DNA from: Deltaproteobacteria bacterium | GTDB taxonomy: Bacteria; Myxococcota; Kuafuiibacteriia; Kuafuiibacteriales; Kuafuiibacteriaceae | Assembly: GCA_040218735.1 (NCBI GenBank) | Contig: JAVJQW010000046.1 | Location: 288,001-352,000, forward strand | Length of the DNA stretch: 64,000 nucleotides | Direction: 5' to 3' | Shown: piece by piece, positions 14,301 through 23,441 of the stretch | Position numbering within the stretch: the first letter of the stretch is position 1 | How the letters are laid out: each line of letters begins with the position of its first letter | Made by a program: the position numbers and the translations under genes | The notes under the pieces: generated by a model | Seen by the model: only the letters and a program-made list of their open reading frames with translations | Told to the model about the DNA's origin: nothing | The model's database searches: none

Positions 14301-15255
14301 CGGAACGGAGCACTGCGTCGACCAGACCAGCCAGCCCGACCTGGCGTACATGACCTGTCCAATCTCCGCCCCCATCGCCGTCTACACCGAGGGCGGGCGC
14401 TACCGTACGGGGTACGTCGGCGACGAGTGCGGGCAGATCTGGGCGATCGATCGCAACCCACGCGACGCCGGCGGCGCCGCCGCATGGACGGTTCGAAGAC
14501 TCGTCCACCTGAACAACGTCGACGCCTCGGGACACACGGTGCTCGGAGACTCGGCCGACTTCCGAAAGATCTTCGCGAGGCTCGACCTCGTGATCTCCAC
14601 GTGCACGAACCAACGAGCGATCGGCGTGTACTTCGGTACGGGCGACGTGCAGCGCCCGGCCACGACCGCGGGCGTCCTGCAGGACCCCGCCGTCACGAAC
14701 CCCAACCAGGACACACCGAGCCCGACCTCTCCGCTCGCCTGGCCGGCGATGACCGCGAGCGGCGATCGAAACGTCTTCGGCGTGGTCTGGGACGACACCC
14801 ACAAGCGCAACCTGCGCCTGTCGGACCTCTTTGACGCAACGACCGTGGCGAACACCGACCCCGGCGCGACCAAGACGAAGAACGGCTTCTTCATGCGTCT
14901 TGGGCCCGCCGAGAAGATGCTCCGCGACCCGCTCGTGATCGACGGCGTGGCGTACTTCAAGACGTACCGCCCGACGAAGGCCGCGACCGAGTGTGTGTCG
15001 GCGCGAGGTCTGGACCAGGTCTACGCCTTCGACAACTGCACGGCCGCGCCGACCCAGGGGACGACCGCGTCGGATCGTGAAGTCTGGAGCGGCGAGACCG
15101 AAATCGGCGGTGGCCTCATGCTCTACGCACCCCGCGGCGGACCGCCCGCCGTCCTGCTGGGCGGGACGGGGAGCGACACCCCCGAGCTCGCGGCGCTGCC
15201 AAGCCGCCCCGATCGTCGCGCGCTGCGCCTGTACCTATGGCGACTCGATCAGTAG
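11347..15255 (+). CDS. PilY1/PilC-like type IV pilus tip adhesin (vWA + beta-propeller, with Cys-rich and CUB-like insertions)
   Basis: vWA MIDAS IQLVLDSSGSM, TPL, NYIVVLSDG, IRTYSIAF; PilC-like ANDGAMHFLDAATGDE, GLGRGG, YVGDECGQIW, VYFGTGD, GFFMRL..AEK, GVAYFKTYRP. Confidence 0.8.
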   Translation: MLDWTTLYALTAALTAQATLQPDQLDLLRNTDTTPQIQLVLDSSGSMSTTMLPTPACPYYADLFLTPQDPACARCSSCMADAGCRFSRMDMLKASLTGCANVADGVLDQWATRALFAMRVFGTGGNDGLTPNGGFDTSRGNIAGLKSDVLALTPNGQTPLGLQYAAAGAYVADDSTGFFSYDGDPTTPQCSPTSPGGACNNTLECRQNYIVVLSDGASNGPPSTYDFVAANPSVTVNDLSDPAPYTDLAARYMVRDVASPAGALIDVMGKVAGSQQIRTYSIAFDAPSNAQQLLSDMATEGDGAYHDATSYAALNDAFIDIFTSIIARSSVVFSAGTVQPEGFFSGNFVYVSSFRPFEDGYWPGTTKKYCVDPNEPPILDPANTECMFLRVPATPTGQLFTNPAPVDRWTLTAQASATVGGSGARIAAAMGANPTTPYQFPGSAGCPSCSPAVAPQPGSPYGGRRVLTWEPGKNNYLEITDSTFAPPSFSRSSGACNHARLINKLYGYTDEVRGPGCSGNDLWPAAYDVWPVGDTVNGSATMIAYSNDCETAGNCYIAVNANDGAMHFLDAATGDEISMVIPGNFFVGDQSVTNEMSQLMDQPNGQSMRRYYFDGKSRLYHEDSNANGYIDASETAYFIAGLGRGGKMYLQWDMSMPGQRFHGDPLGGATAPATGSHPPSAIMVDSNTGFAHLRDTWAAPWVGQFVSTVDQAAHRTAIFPSGHTGSDDVLLGTFASTQPGLGLPPDDNNTYDANPVCSDVGIAPEACDPTVGINSICTAYGVPTSYCDFQTCTPGYTGALFANNDPADKPCYDDPIWASLAGSGPNPNPLYGANFAPGYARSFGPYSFASGSQTGRAFRLVFARLDLQPGDRFEILDDSNTVVETFDGPQPTGTRTQWVYGSSFSFRLVTDGSDSGPASLWAIDRIHVQRTAAPGNITATTEPTVFFVDLDRVASYPFAAVPTDDRQGSALLARITRDCSGTAISGTEHCVDQTSQPDLAYMTCPISAPIAVYTEGGRYRTGYVGDECGQIWAIDRNPRDAGGAAAWTVRRLVHLNNVDASGHTVLGDSADFRKIFARLDLVISTCTNQRAIGVYFGTGDVQRPATTAGVLQDPAVTNPNQDTPSPTSPLAWPAMTASGDRNVFGVVWDDTHKRNLRLSDLFDATTVANTDPGATKTKNGFFMRLGPAEKMLRDPLVIDGVAYFKTYRPTKAATECVSARGLDQVYAFDNCTAAPTQGTTASDREVWSGETEIGGGLMLYAPRGGPPAVLLGGTGSDTPELAALPSRPDRRALRLYLWRLDQ

Positions 15256-15283
15256 TCGCCGAGCGCCCCGAAAGGAACACCCG

Positions 15284-15643
15284 ATGCGAATCCTCCTCGT
15301 CGTCTTTGTCCTCCTCGCGATGACATCGCAGGATCTTCGAGCCGCCCCCGGCAAGCCGGGGCGCGCTCGTCACCACCGGGCGAGTCGTTCGAAGTCCCTT
15401 CGTCTCGTTCCCACCACGCAGGCGCGTGAGGTCACGGTGGTGAAGCTCGTCGACGGGCAGGTCCACTTCACCATCGTCGACGAGGCGCAGCTCCCCCCGG
15501 GGACGGTGCCGGCCGTATCTCGAGCCCTCCTAACGCCGGCGACGGAGGTCGCGCTGCTGCGGAAGGTCGGTCAGCGGGTGAAGCTCCACGTGTCCCGCGA
15601 CGCGAAGGGGGTCCCGTACGTCGTTCGGGTCACGCGCCCGTGA
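15284..15643 (+). CDS. Small basic secreted hypothetical protein
   Basis: AAAGGA RBS, hydrophobic signal MRILLVVFVLLA, directly downstream of the pilY1-like gene. Confidence 0.65.
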   Translation: MRILLVVFVLLAMTSQDLRAAPGKPGRARHHRASRSKSLRLVPTTQAREVTVVKLVDGQVHFTIVDEAQLPPGTVPAVSRALLTPATEVALLRKVGQRVKLHVSRDAKGVPYVVRVTRP

Positions 15644-15656
15644 CGGGTCATCGGCG

Positions 15657-16376
15657 TCACGATTCGACTGGTCCGCGGAATGCGCCCCGCAGCGCGCGGG
15701 TCTCCGTCCGGAGCGCCTCCAGCGCGCCGACCAAGTCACTCGCGTCGGTCGGCACGTCGTCCTCGTCGCCGAGGCCCGCGTCCTTGTAGGCCTCCAGTCG
15801 CGCGCGCACGAGATCGCGGATCGCCTCGGCGTTGTCGACGCCGCGGAAGTGCGCGACGTGCATGTCGACGAGCCCGGACTTCTGCGACGGCGTGCCGCCG
15901 CCGGCGGTGCGGACGAGGACGTCTCGCACGCCGAAGATGCGCTGGATGGGGCCCTGTTGGATCGAGATCTCTTGGATGTTGGCGAAGGTCAGCGTCATCT
16001 CGCGCAGCAGGATGACACCTTCGCGGATGCGGAGGCTGCGGTCGGTGACCATGTACCAACGCATCTCGTAGTCGAGGCGGAGCGTCGCGTACCGGAGCGC
16101 AGACACGGCGATGAAGAGCGCCGCCAACACGGCGGCGAAGCCGTAGAGCAGGACCGCGACGCCCCCTCCCGCTTCGTACGCCGCGAGCGACAACCCACCC
16201 GCGGCGATGAGTACGATGGGTACGAACAACAAGGTTCCGAGCAGCCAGACGATGCGTCGGTAGTCGAACCAGCGCCGCGCGGCGCGGAACACTTCGAGCT
16301 GTTCCCCGGTCGGGGGCTCGGGCTCGGGCGGGACGCGGAGGAGGCGGACGACGAGGCCCTTGAACCCGTCATACAT
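15657..16376 (-). CDS. Membrane protein with bacterial PH (bPH_2) domain, YdbS-like
   Basis: Two TM helices then Y.VTDRSLRIREGV...IQEISIQQGPIQRIFG...VRTAGG. Confidence 0.85.
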   Translation of the reverse strand: MYDGFKGLVVRLLRVPPEPEPPTGEQLEVFRAARRWFDYRRIVWLLGTLLFVPIVLIAAGGLSLAAYEAGGGVAVLLYGFAAVLAALFIAVSALRYATLRLDYEMRWYMVTDRSLRIREGVILLREMTLTFANIQEISIQQGPIQRIFGVRDVLVRTAGGGTPSQKSGLVDMHVAHFRGVDNAEAIRDLVRARLEAYKDAGLGDEDDVPTDASDLVGALEALRTETRALRGAFRGPVES

Positions 16377-16863
16377 CGCGGGTCACCGCTTCCCGCACCG
16401 CGCGCACGTCGGCGGCGATGTCCCTGAGCAGCGAGACCGCGACCGTGTTGGCGGCCGGCGCTTCGTCCTTCGTCCCCGCTCCGACGCCGCGCATGCGCGC
16501 GTAGAGGAAGTCGCGGATCATCTCGAACTCCTGCAGGCCCTCGATCGTCACCTCCGCGGCGGAGCTCCCGGACGCGGTCTGCACCTGCACGTCGGCGAGG
16601 CCGAGCCAGCGCTGCACGATCCCGGAGGTGAGGTGGATGTCCTGGATGCGCGCGTACGTCACGTTCACTTCGCGGCGGAACAGGATGCCCCAACGCATGC
16701 CGATGCCTTGGGCGTCGAAGGTGTAGCGCAGCGTCGAGTACCGGAAGAACAGGACCGCCATCATCACGAAGAAGCCGGGGCCAGCGAGGAGGCTGCGGAA
16801 GAAGTAGACCTTGAGGAGGTTCGGGTGAGGGCGTTCGATCGCGAAGATCTTCGAGTCGTCCAC
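16369..16863 (-). CDS. Membrane protein with bacterial PH (bPH_2) domain
   Basis: C-terminal part of ORF 16369..17454: TM segment, LRY.FD..GI.MRWGILFRRE, RIQDIHLTSGIVQRWLGLA...TASG; GTG start inferred; overlaps the next gene. Confidence 0.85.
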   Translation of the reverse strand: MDDSKIFAIERPHPNLLKVYFFRSLLAGPGFFVMMAVLFFRYSTLRYTFDAQGIGMRWGILFRREVNVTYARIQDIHLTSGIVQRWLGLADVQVQTASGSSAAEVTIEGLQEFEMIRDFLYARMRGVGAGTKDEAPAANTVAVSLLRDIAADVRAVREAVTRDV

Positions 16864-16941
16864 GGCGCGCGAGCTTCGCACGACGGGAGGCGGGACCGCG
16901 AGGAGGGTGGCGGGCCTCGCAACCCGCGGTGCGGGTCGGGT

Positions 16942-17919
16942 ATGAAGAGAAGCGTGGAGGAGCGCGCCCTCGTCAAGCACCGCCCGTTGTTGCAGCTCCT
17001 TGCGTTCTTCGGAGCGACGTTCGTCGGCGGAGCGCTCCTCGTCGCGGTTCCGGCCCTCGGGGCGATCGTCCTCGCCGTCACCACCATCGTCGTCGTCACA
17101 GCCGTAGGTGACCGCACGCCTCCAACGCGCGTACGCCGTGGGAAGATCGAGCGCGTCACGCAGCACGCGGGCCTCCGCGTCGACATCTCCCCGCGCAAGC
17201 TGACGGAGGTCGGGATGGAGCGCCGGATCGAGGTCGACCTCGTGAGCTTCACCGCCGTGGAGTCGCGCTCCGCGTCGTGGCGGATCGCGGTCGGTGCCTG
17301 GCTGAGGGCCGAGTGTGACGACCCCGCCGTGCGGAGTGTGCGTGCGTTGCTGGGCTGCGTTCGATTCGACGTCGTGGGTTCGGGGGTCGATCTCCCGCTC
17401 GAGGCGATCGCCCCCGGGCTCACCGCCGTGCAGAGGCTCGTCAAGGAGCCGCACAAGGTGGTCCTCGACATCCTCTGGGACGAGCGGCTCACGATCGCGG
17501 ATCGCATCGCGGCCGCGTCGTGTTGTGAGCCCGCCGACCTCGCACGGCGGGGGAACGTCGAGCAGCTGCCGATCCCGCTCGTGTTGCCGACCGTGCGACG
17601 CATGGGTCCGCGCAAGGAAGCCGCGGAGGCGTTGATGTGCCTCGCCACGAACCCCGAGGCGGATCGAATCGAGCGCGTGGACGCGGTCGAGCTCCTCGAG
17701 CGCTGGGGCGCGGCCGTCGTGCTTCGTCGAATCCTGGACGAGGTGGAGCCGTCGCTGACGCCGGTCGTGCGCAAGGCGCTGCGGAACATTCAGGGCCCCG
17801 GGGGGCAGCTCTCGATCGCGGCGAGCGTCGACGAGGGTGGCCTCGCGTTCGCCGACGAGGCGGGGCCCGGCGCGGTCTCGATCGACGACGACTCGGAGGA
17901 CCTGGATCTGCCGCCCTGA
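16942..17919 (+). CDS. Hypothetical membrane protein with helical (HEAT-like) C-terminal region
   Basis: C-terminal part of ORF 16360..17919; two TM helices; tail 'RKALRNIQGPGGQLSIA...GGLAFA...GAVSI'. Confidence 0.6.
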   Translation: MKRSVEERALVKHRPLLQLLAFFGATFVGGALLVAVPALGAIVLAVTTIVVVTAVGDRTPPTRVRRGKIERVTQHAGLRVDISPRKLTEVGMERRIEVDLVSFTAVESRSASWRIAVGAWLRAECDDPAVRSVRALLGCVRFDVVGSGVDLPLEAIAPGLTAVQRLVKEPHKVVLDILWDERLTIADRIAAASCCEPADLARRGNVEQLPIPLVLPTVRRMGPRKEAAEALMCLATNPEADRIERVDAVELLERWGAAVVLRRILDEVEPSLTPVVRKALRNIQGPGGQLSIAASVDEGGLAFADEAGPGAVSIDDDSEDLDLPP

Positions 17920-18139
17920 AACGGGTCGAGTCCCGACGGCTCACGTCGAAGGAAGATCGCCTCCTCTTCGAGGCGCCCAGGTCTCACGACTGAGGCGCCG
18001 ACCCCTCGACCGCACGATACGTGAACGACGGTTCAACCTCCCGCGCACGGAGGCGGAGCGTCGGATCCGTTCGAATCTCGGCGCGTTGGCGACGATGACG
18101 CGGCCCGGCAGGGCGATGCGCCGTCGTAGGGTGTGTCCG

Positions 18140-18155
18140 CGGAACGGGACTTGCG
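18140..18155 (+). promoter_or_regulatory. Candidate sigma54 (-24/-12) promoter upstream of the metallopeptidase
   Basis: CGGAACGGGACTTGCG has exact GG-N10-GC spacing with TTGC and matches TGGCACG-N4-TTGC. Confidence 0.5.
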
Positions 18156-18167
18156 AAGCAGCACCGC

Positions 18168-20948
18168 GTGGGAATCGGTGCCCGAGCGACGATCACCTCC
18201 TTTGTGTTGGGTCCGCTGCTCATGGCCTTCGCGCCGGCGCCCCGCCCGTGGGCGCCGACGCCCGAGCGGTTCCTTCGGACGGTCTCGGACCACCCGGCGC
18301 CGATCGTGTCGAAGCTGATCGCGGAGCAGGGCTTCGAGGTCTACAGCTACCGCCCGGACGGGACCGTGGCGATCGTCTGGGGCGCGCCGCGGACGGCGCC
18401 CGTGAATCTGTCGCCCGACGGCGCGAGTCAGCTCGCGCTCGAGCTCGCGCAGGCGATGGCGCGCTCGCTCGGGGTGAAGGCCGAGGATCTCTACGTTCGC
18501 GACACACACCCGCTCGAAGGGTGGACCAACGTCGCGATCGGTCAACAGGTCGAAGGCATCGACGTGCCGCAGGGCTTCGTGATGTTCACCTTCCGCGAGG
18601 GGCAGGTGGCCGCGATTCGCAATGAGCTGGTGCGGGTCCGAGTCGATCTCTTACCCACGTTGACGCCCGACGTTGCAACCCAGGTTGCGATCGATGCCGC
18701 GAAGGGGTTCACGTTGAGCACGCTCGTCGCGCCCGCCGCCCTCGAGGTGTGGACGGCCGGGGACCGCGCCGAAGACGTGCGCCTCGCGTACGCGGTGAAG
18801 ACACGCTCCGAGCACCCGGTCAGTCGCTTCACGTTCCACGTCGACGCCCACGACGGGACCATCCTCGCCGCCGACGACGCGGTGCACTTCGCCGAGGGCG
18901 AGGGTCGCGTCCGCATCGTCGTCGACACCGTCACCTCCGGCGGCGCGCAGGACCCGCACACCGCGCTGTTCCTCGGGCTCGACCAGGACACGGACAGCGA
19001 CGGCGAGAGCCAGCTGAGCTCACGCGTCACCGCGACGTACGAGGGGCCGTACGTCCGCATCCGCGACGAGAGCGGGACGCCGGTCGAGCGCTTCGACGTC
19101 GACCTCTCCGGACCCTACGGCGTCTACGACCACACGCCAACGCTGTTCTCCCAGGCCGACCCGTTCGTGCACCTCAACCTGGTGAAGCTCTACACCGCGC
19201 AAATCACTCCGACCCTCGGCTGGATCGGACGGCAACTCACCTCGAACGTGAACATCAACGACAATTGCAACGCGTTCTGGGATGGTCAGACCGTCAATTT
19301 CTTCCGCAGCGGTGGTGGTTGCAACAACACCGGCCGAATCGCGTCGATCATCTATCATGAGTACGGTCACGGCTATCACGGCAACCTCACCGGTCGCGTG
19401 GTGGGTTCGATCGGCGAAGGCTCTGGTGACTTCCTCGCCGGGACGATCCTCGACGACCCGATCGTCGGCCGAGGCTTCGCGACGAACGGCAGCGGCATCC
19501 GCCGCATGGACCAACCGCAGCGCTACCCCGACGACTACACCGGCGAGGTCCATCAAGACGGCCTGATCTGGGCGACCGCGCTCTGGGAGCTGCGCCAGGC
19601 GCTGCTCACCAAACACGGCGCGTGGGCGGGGCAGATGGCGGTCGACGAAGCGTTCGTCCTCGCGCTCACGCAGGGCCCGGGGCTGTCCACCGCGTACCCC
19701 GCGATCCTCTCGGCGGACGACGACGACAACAACCCGAACAACGGCACGCCGAACAGCTGCGAGATCAACGCGATCTTCTCCCGCCACGGGCTGATCGACG
19801 GCGGGCAGATCAACCACGACGCGGTCCCCACCCGCGCGTTCGTTCGCATCACCCACGACGCGCCCGGACGCATCGCCGTCACCGCCGACGGGATGCCGAT
19901 CGCGGCGACGACCGAGAATCGCTCGGACTGCGGAACCTACGACCCGGCCGCGCTCACGCTGCACTACGCGATCGGCGACGGTGCGCCGTTCACCGTCGCG
20001 CCCGACGCAACGCTCATCCCCGGCGCCGTCGAAGGTGACACCGTGCGCTACTACTTCACCCTCGAGGCCGAAGGGGTGACCTACGCGCTCGGCGACGAGA
20101 CTTCACCCTTCGTCGCGCTCGCCGACTTTGCGGACGAGACGATCTTCGAGGAGGGCTTCGAAGGTGACTTCGGCGCCTGGCAGCACGGCACCGTCGGCTC
20201 GGATCTCCACGACGACTGGGAGGTCGGCGCGCCCCTCGGGCTCCGCTTCGATCCGACCGAGGCGCACTCCGGAAACGCGGTCGCGGGGACCGACCTCGGT
20301 GCGGGCGGCGGCGTCGGCGGCACGAACGGCGCGGCGAAGGGCGGGCGCTCCACGTTCCTCGAGTCCGAAGCCATCACCACCGAAGGGATGGAGAACCTCC
20401 GCCTCGAGCTGTGGCACCACTACGTCGTGGATGGCTCGCTTCGTGTCGTCGTCGACGGCGAGACCGTGTTCACCTACGCCAACGACGGGAGCGCGTGGAG
20501 CGGTGGCTGGCGCTACCTCACGTTCGAGCTCCCCGCCGCGACCGCCGACCGCGCCGACGGCTTCACGATTCGCTTCGAGGTCGACACCAACGCCAACAAC
20601 AACCGCGGCGGTTGGACGCTCGACGACATTCGTGTGTCGGGCACCGCGATCCCGCCGCCGCCTCCTCCGCCGCCGCCGGAGGATCCGCCGACGATGAACC
20701 CCGACGATCCGAAGAACCCCGGCACGCCTCCGGCCACCGAGGATCCGAGCATCGATCCGGTGGACCCCGCGGATCCTGCGCAGCCCGACGACGGCACCTT
20801 CCGCGGCTTGCGTCGCGGCGGTCTGTCGGGCGGCTGTGTGTGCGCCGACGCGCCGCGAGACACCCGATTCTCGGGCTGGGCGTGGGTCATGCTCGGCGTG
20901 TTCATGGGTGTGATCCGAAGATCACGAAGATCGCGCCGCCTCCATTGA
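18168..20948 (+). CDS. Secreted zinc metallopeptidase (M4/M36-like) with propeptide, C-terminal beta-sandwich and MYXO-CTERM-like anchor
   Basis: PepSY-like VDAHDGTIL, CNAFWDG, HEYGH zincin motif, GEGSGD third ligand, EVHQDG; Pro-rich linker; GGCVC...hydrophobic helix...RRSRR. Confidence 0.9.
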   Translation: MGIGARATITSFVLGPLLMAFAPAPRPWAPTPERFLRTVSDHPAPIVSKLIAEQGFEVYSYRPDGTVAIVWGAPRTAPVNLSPDGASQLALELAQAMARSLGVKAEDLYVRDTHPLEGWTNVAIGQQVEGIDVPQGFVMFTFREGQVAAIRNELVRVRVDLLPTLTPDVATQVAIDAAKGFTLSTLVAPAALEVWTAGDRAEDVRLAYAVKTRSEHPVSRFTFHVDAHDGTILAADDAVHFAEGEGRVRIVVDTVTSGGAQDPHTALFLGLDQDTDSDGESQLSSRVTATYEGPYVRIRDESGTPVERFDVDLSGPYGVYDHTPTLFSQADPFVHLNLVKLYTAQITPTLGWIGRQLTSNVNINDNCNAFWDGQTVNFFRSGGGCNNTGRIASIIYHEYGHGYHGNLTGRVVGSIGEGSGDFLAGTILDDPIVGRGFATNGSGIRRMDQPQRYPDDYTGEVHQDGLIWATALWELRQALLTKHGAWAGQMAVDEAFVLALTQGPGLSTAYPAILSADDDDNNPNNGTPNSCEINAIFSRHGLIDGGQINHDAVPTRAFVRITHDAPGRIAVTADGMPIAATTENRSDCGTYDPAALTLHYAIGDGAPFTVAPDATLIPGAVEGDTVRYYFTLEAEGVTYALGDETSPFVALADFADETIFEEGFEGDFGAWQHGTVGSDLHDDWEVGAPLGLRFDPTEAHSGNAVAGTDLGAGGGVGGTNGAAKGGRSTFLESEAITTEGMENLRLELWHHYVVDGSLRVVVDGETVFTYANDGSAWSGGWRYLTFELPAATADRADGFTIRFEVDTNANNNRGGWTLDDIRVSGTAIPPPPPPPPPEDPPTMNPDDPKNPGTPPATEDPSIDPVDPADPAQPDDGTFRGLRRGGLSGGCVCADAPRDTRFSGWAWVMLGVFMGVIRRSRRSRRLH

Positions 20949-20984
20949 CGCGCCCCTCGACTTGCCGCACCGTGTCAACTTCGC

Positions 20985-22301
20985 GTGCAGGTCAACGGGG
21001 GAAAGATCGAGCGCATCGAGCTCTTCCACATCGAGGTCCCCCTTCCGACCCCGCTGTTCCCGGTCTGGATCCCCGGCTACCCGCAATACAAACAGTGCGC
21101 GACGCTCCTCGCGGTCACCACGAAGGACGGCTTGACCGGTTACGCGAGCGCGCCGGCGTTCGAGCGCGAGCGCACCAGCCTCGGTGAGTTCATCGGCAAG
21201 TTCCTGCTCGGGCTGGATCCCTACGACCTCGACCTCGTCCGCGAGCGCATCCGACAAGCCGCCTACCTCGGGTGGCGGAACAGCTGGATGGACCTCGCCT
21301 TCTGGGACCTCGCCGCGCAGGCGCGTGGCATCCCGCTGCACGCCCTGATCGCGGAGCGCCTCGGTGCACCCGAGCGCGACGTCGAGGCTCGCGTCCCGGT
21401 CTACGCGTCGTTCCCGGAGCTCCGTCCGCCGCGCGTTCGCGCGGAGGCGGTGGAGCGCGCGCAGTCGCTCGGCTTCGCCGGGGTGAAGATCGCGGTGCAC
21501 TCGTCGCGGGAGTCGGACGACTTCGAGCAGGTCGCGATGTCGCGGAAGGTCGCGGGCGACGACCTCGCGATCATGGTGCACGCACGCCAGGCCTGGAGTG
21601 TCTCGCTCGTGGAGGAGTCGCCGCGGTGGGATCTGGATCGCGCGCGCCGCTTCGCGGGGGTCGCGGAGACGTGCAACGTCCGCTGGCTTCAGGAGCCGCT
21701 GCACGACGAAGCCTGGGAATCGCTCGCGCAGCTCGGCGCCGCGACGCGGATGCCGATCGCCGGCGGTGACATGAGCTTCGGGTTCGCGGCGCTGGACGCG
21801 CTCACGCGCGCGCAGTGTTACCGCATCCTCACCCCGGACGCCGCGTTCTTCGGGCTCGGCAACCAGGTGCGGACGATGAAGTCCTGCCTGGACCGCAAGC
21901 TGTCCTTCGCGCCGTCCTCGAACAGCGACGGCATCGGCCTGGTCGCGAACCTCCACGCCCTCGCGGCGTGGCGTCGGTTCTCGGAGGACGAACACGCGGT
22001 GCTGGAGTTCCCGTGGGAACCCCCCGCGATGATCCCCGAGTACCGCGACGCGCTCCTCGAGCGCCCGCTGCACATCGCGAAGGACAGCACCCTCGAGGTA
22101 CCGACGGCGCCGGGGCTCGGCGTGGCGATCGACCCGGCCGCGCTCAAGCGCTACGGCGAGCGCTTCTATCACGTGACCCCGGTGCGCTTCGCCGTGAAGG
22201 TCGCGCGCAGCGGCGGGTTGCGGACGACGCACGAAGCGGTCGGAAAGCGCCCGCGTCGGCGCCCCGAGAGCACCGTGCGCGACAAGAGCCGACTGGGGTA
22301 G
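20985..22301 (+). CDS. Mandelate racemase/muconate lactonizing enzyme (enolase superfamily) protein with atypical active site
   Basis: TKDGLTGY, MDLAFWDLAAQARGIPLHAL, VPVYAS, WLQEP, VPTAPGLGV. Confidence 0.85.
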   Translation: MQVNGGKIERIELFHIEVPLPTPLFPVWIPGYPQYKQCATLLAVTTKDGLTGYASAPAFERERTSLGEFIGKFLLGLDPYDLDLVRERIRQAAYLGWRNSWMDLAFWDLAAQARGIPLHALIAERLGAPERDVEARVPVYASFPELRPPRVRAEAVERAQSLGFAGVKIAVHSSRESDDFEQVAMSRKVAGDDLAIMVHARQAWSVSLVEESPRWDLDRARRFAGVAETCNVRWLQEPLHDEAWESLAQLGAATRMPIAGGDMSFGFAALDALTRAQCYRILTPDAAFFGLGNQVRTMKSCLDRKLSFAPSSNSDGIGLVANLHALAAWRRFSEDEHAVLEFPWEPPAMIPEYRDALLERPLHIAKDSTLEVPTAPGLGVAIDPAALKRYGERFYHVTPVRFAVKVARSGGLRTTHEAVGKRPRRRPESTVRDKSRLG

Positions 22302-22302
22302 C

Positions 22303-22977
22303 TCAGTCGCCGCAGCGCTCCTGCTCCATGAAGGTGCGCAGACTCGTCTGCTCGTCCGCTTCGAACCTCTCCTTGGTGACGGTGAGCTCCACGATTCGGT
22401 CGGAGCGAAACGTGCGGAAGTCCTCACGCAGCTCGCACCAGCCGGAGACCATCCACCCGTCCGTCAGCGACCAGATCACCAAAGGGCGCACGCGGCGTTC
22501 CGTTTGCGCTCCAGCGCCGTCTTCGTAGGCGATGCGCAAGACACGTTGCGTTCGGATGGCTTCGCGCACCACGCCCGCGTCGAGCCGATGCTCTCGACGA
22601 TGCAGGCTATGGAACGGTGCGTCGGCGAGCGTTCGGTCTTCCGGCCGTGGGAGGCTCGCCTGGAGTTTGGCTCGCACCTCCCGCGCCGCTGACGCCAGCC
22701 CGGGGTCGCCGGTCCGCTCGACGAAGGAGAGCCCGACCGCCAACGCGTCGATCTGGTCGTAGGTGAAGGTCACGTTGGGGAGGTCGAAGCCGGGTCGGAG
22801 CACGTACCCGACGCCGGCTTCCCCTTCGATCGGGAGGCCCGAGCCCTGAAGGTGAGCGATGTCGCGGTAGATCGTGCTGAGGCTGACGCCGAACGTATCG
22901 GCGAGCTCGCTGGCGCGGGTGACACCGCGGCTGCGCATCTCGTTGATCAGCCGGAACAGTCGTTCTGCACGTCGCAT
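22303..22977 (-). CDS. YafY-family HTH-WYL transcriptional regulator
   Basis: MRRAERLF, wHTH VSLSTIYRDI..L..SGLPIEGEAGVGY, WYL-region GWCELREDFRTFRSDRI. Confidence 0.95.
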   Translation of the reverse strand: MRRAERLFRLINEMRSRGVTRASELADTFGVSLSTIYRDIAHLQGSGLPIEGEAGVGYVLRPGFDLPNVTFTYDQIDALAVGLSFVERTGDPGLASAAREVRAKLQASLPRPEDRTLADAPFHSLHRREHRLDAGVVREAIRTQRVLRIAYEDGAGAQTERRVRPLVIWSLTDGWMVSGWCELREDFRTFRSDRIVELTVTKERFEADEQTSLRTFMEQERCGD

Positions 22978-23045
22978 CCTCGAACCTTTGGACGCCTCGG
23001 GTCACGTTGGCGCCTCGTTCACCTATACCACCCGCGACCAGCGGT

Positions 23046-23441
23046 TCAGGCGGCCGCGGTCGCTTCGATCTCGAACATGAGGTCTGGGATCGCCAGGCGC
23101 GTCACGCCGAGCAGCGTCATCGGGGGAGACGCACCCGCCGCCCCGAAACGCTCCCCGAGGAGATCGAAGTTCGCGAGCGCGGCGTCCACGTCCGTGGCGT
23201 AGATGCCGAGGCGGGTGACGTGCGAGAGGTCCATGCCCGCTTCGCGGAGGACCGCTTGGAGGTTGTCGAGCGCCAGCGTGATCTGGTTGCGCATGTCCCC
23301 CGGATGCTGAGGTGCACCATGTTCGTCGACGGACGTCTGGCCTGCGACCGTGAGTTGGCGCCGGGCGCCTTCGAGCGTTTCGCCTTGGTGGTATCCGAGC
23401 TTCGCCGACCAAGACCAGGGGTTGATGGGTGTCTTTTTCAT
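23046..23441 (-). CDS. RidA/YjgF family protein
   Basis: VAGQTS, ALDNLQAVLREAG, PPMTLLGVTRLA.P.LMFEIEA. Confidence 0.92.
   Translation of the reverse strand: MKKTPINPWSWSAKLGYHQGETLEGARRQLTVAGQTSVDEHGAPQHPGDMRNQITLALDNLQAVLREAGMDLSHVTRLGIYATDVDAALANFDLLGERFGAAGASPPMTLLGVTRLAIPDLMFEIEATAAA

Noticed and set aside
18030-18100. GTTCGAATC resembling a tRNA T-loop
   Set aside because: Flanks do not form a T-stem; no acceptor, D or anticodon arms or CCA found
22303-23441. WYL regulator as a marker of a defence island
   Set aside because: YafY-type regulator next to a RidA gene is a common detoxification pairing; no adjacent defence genes
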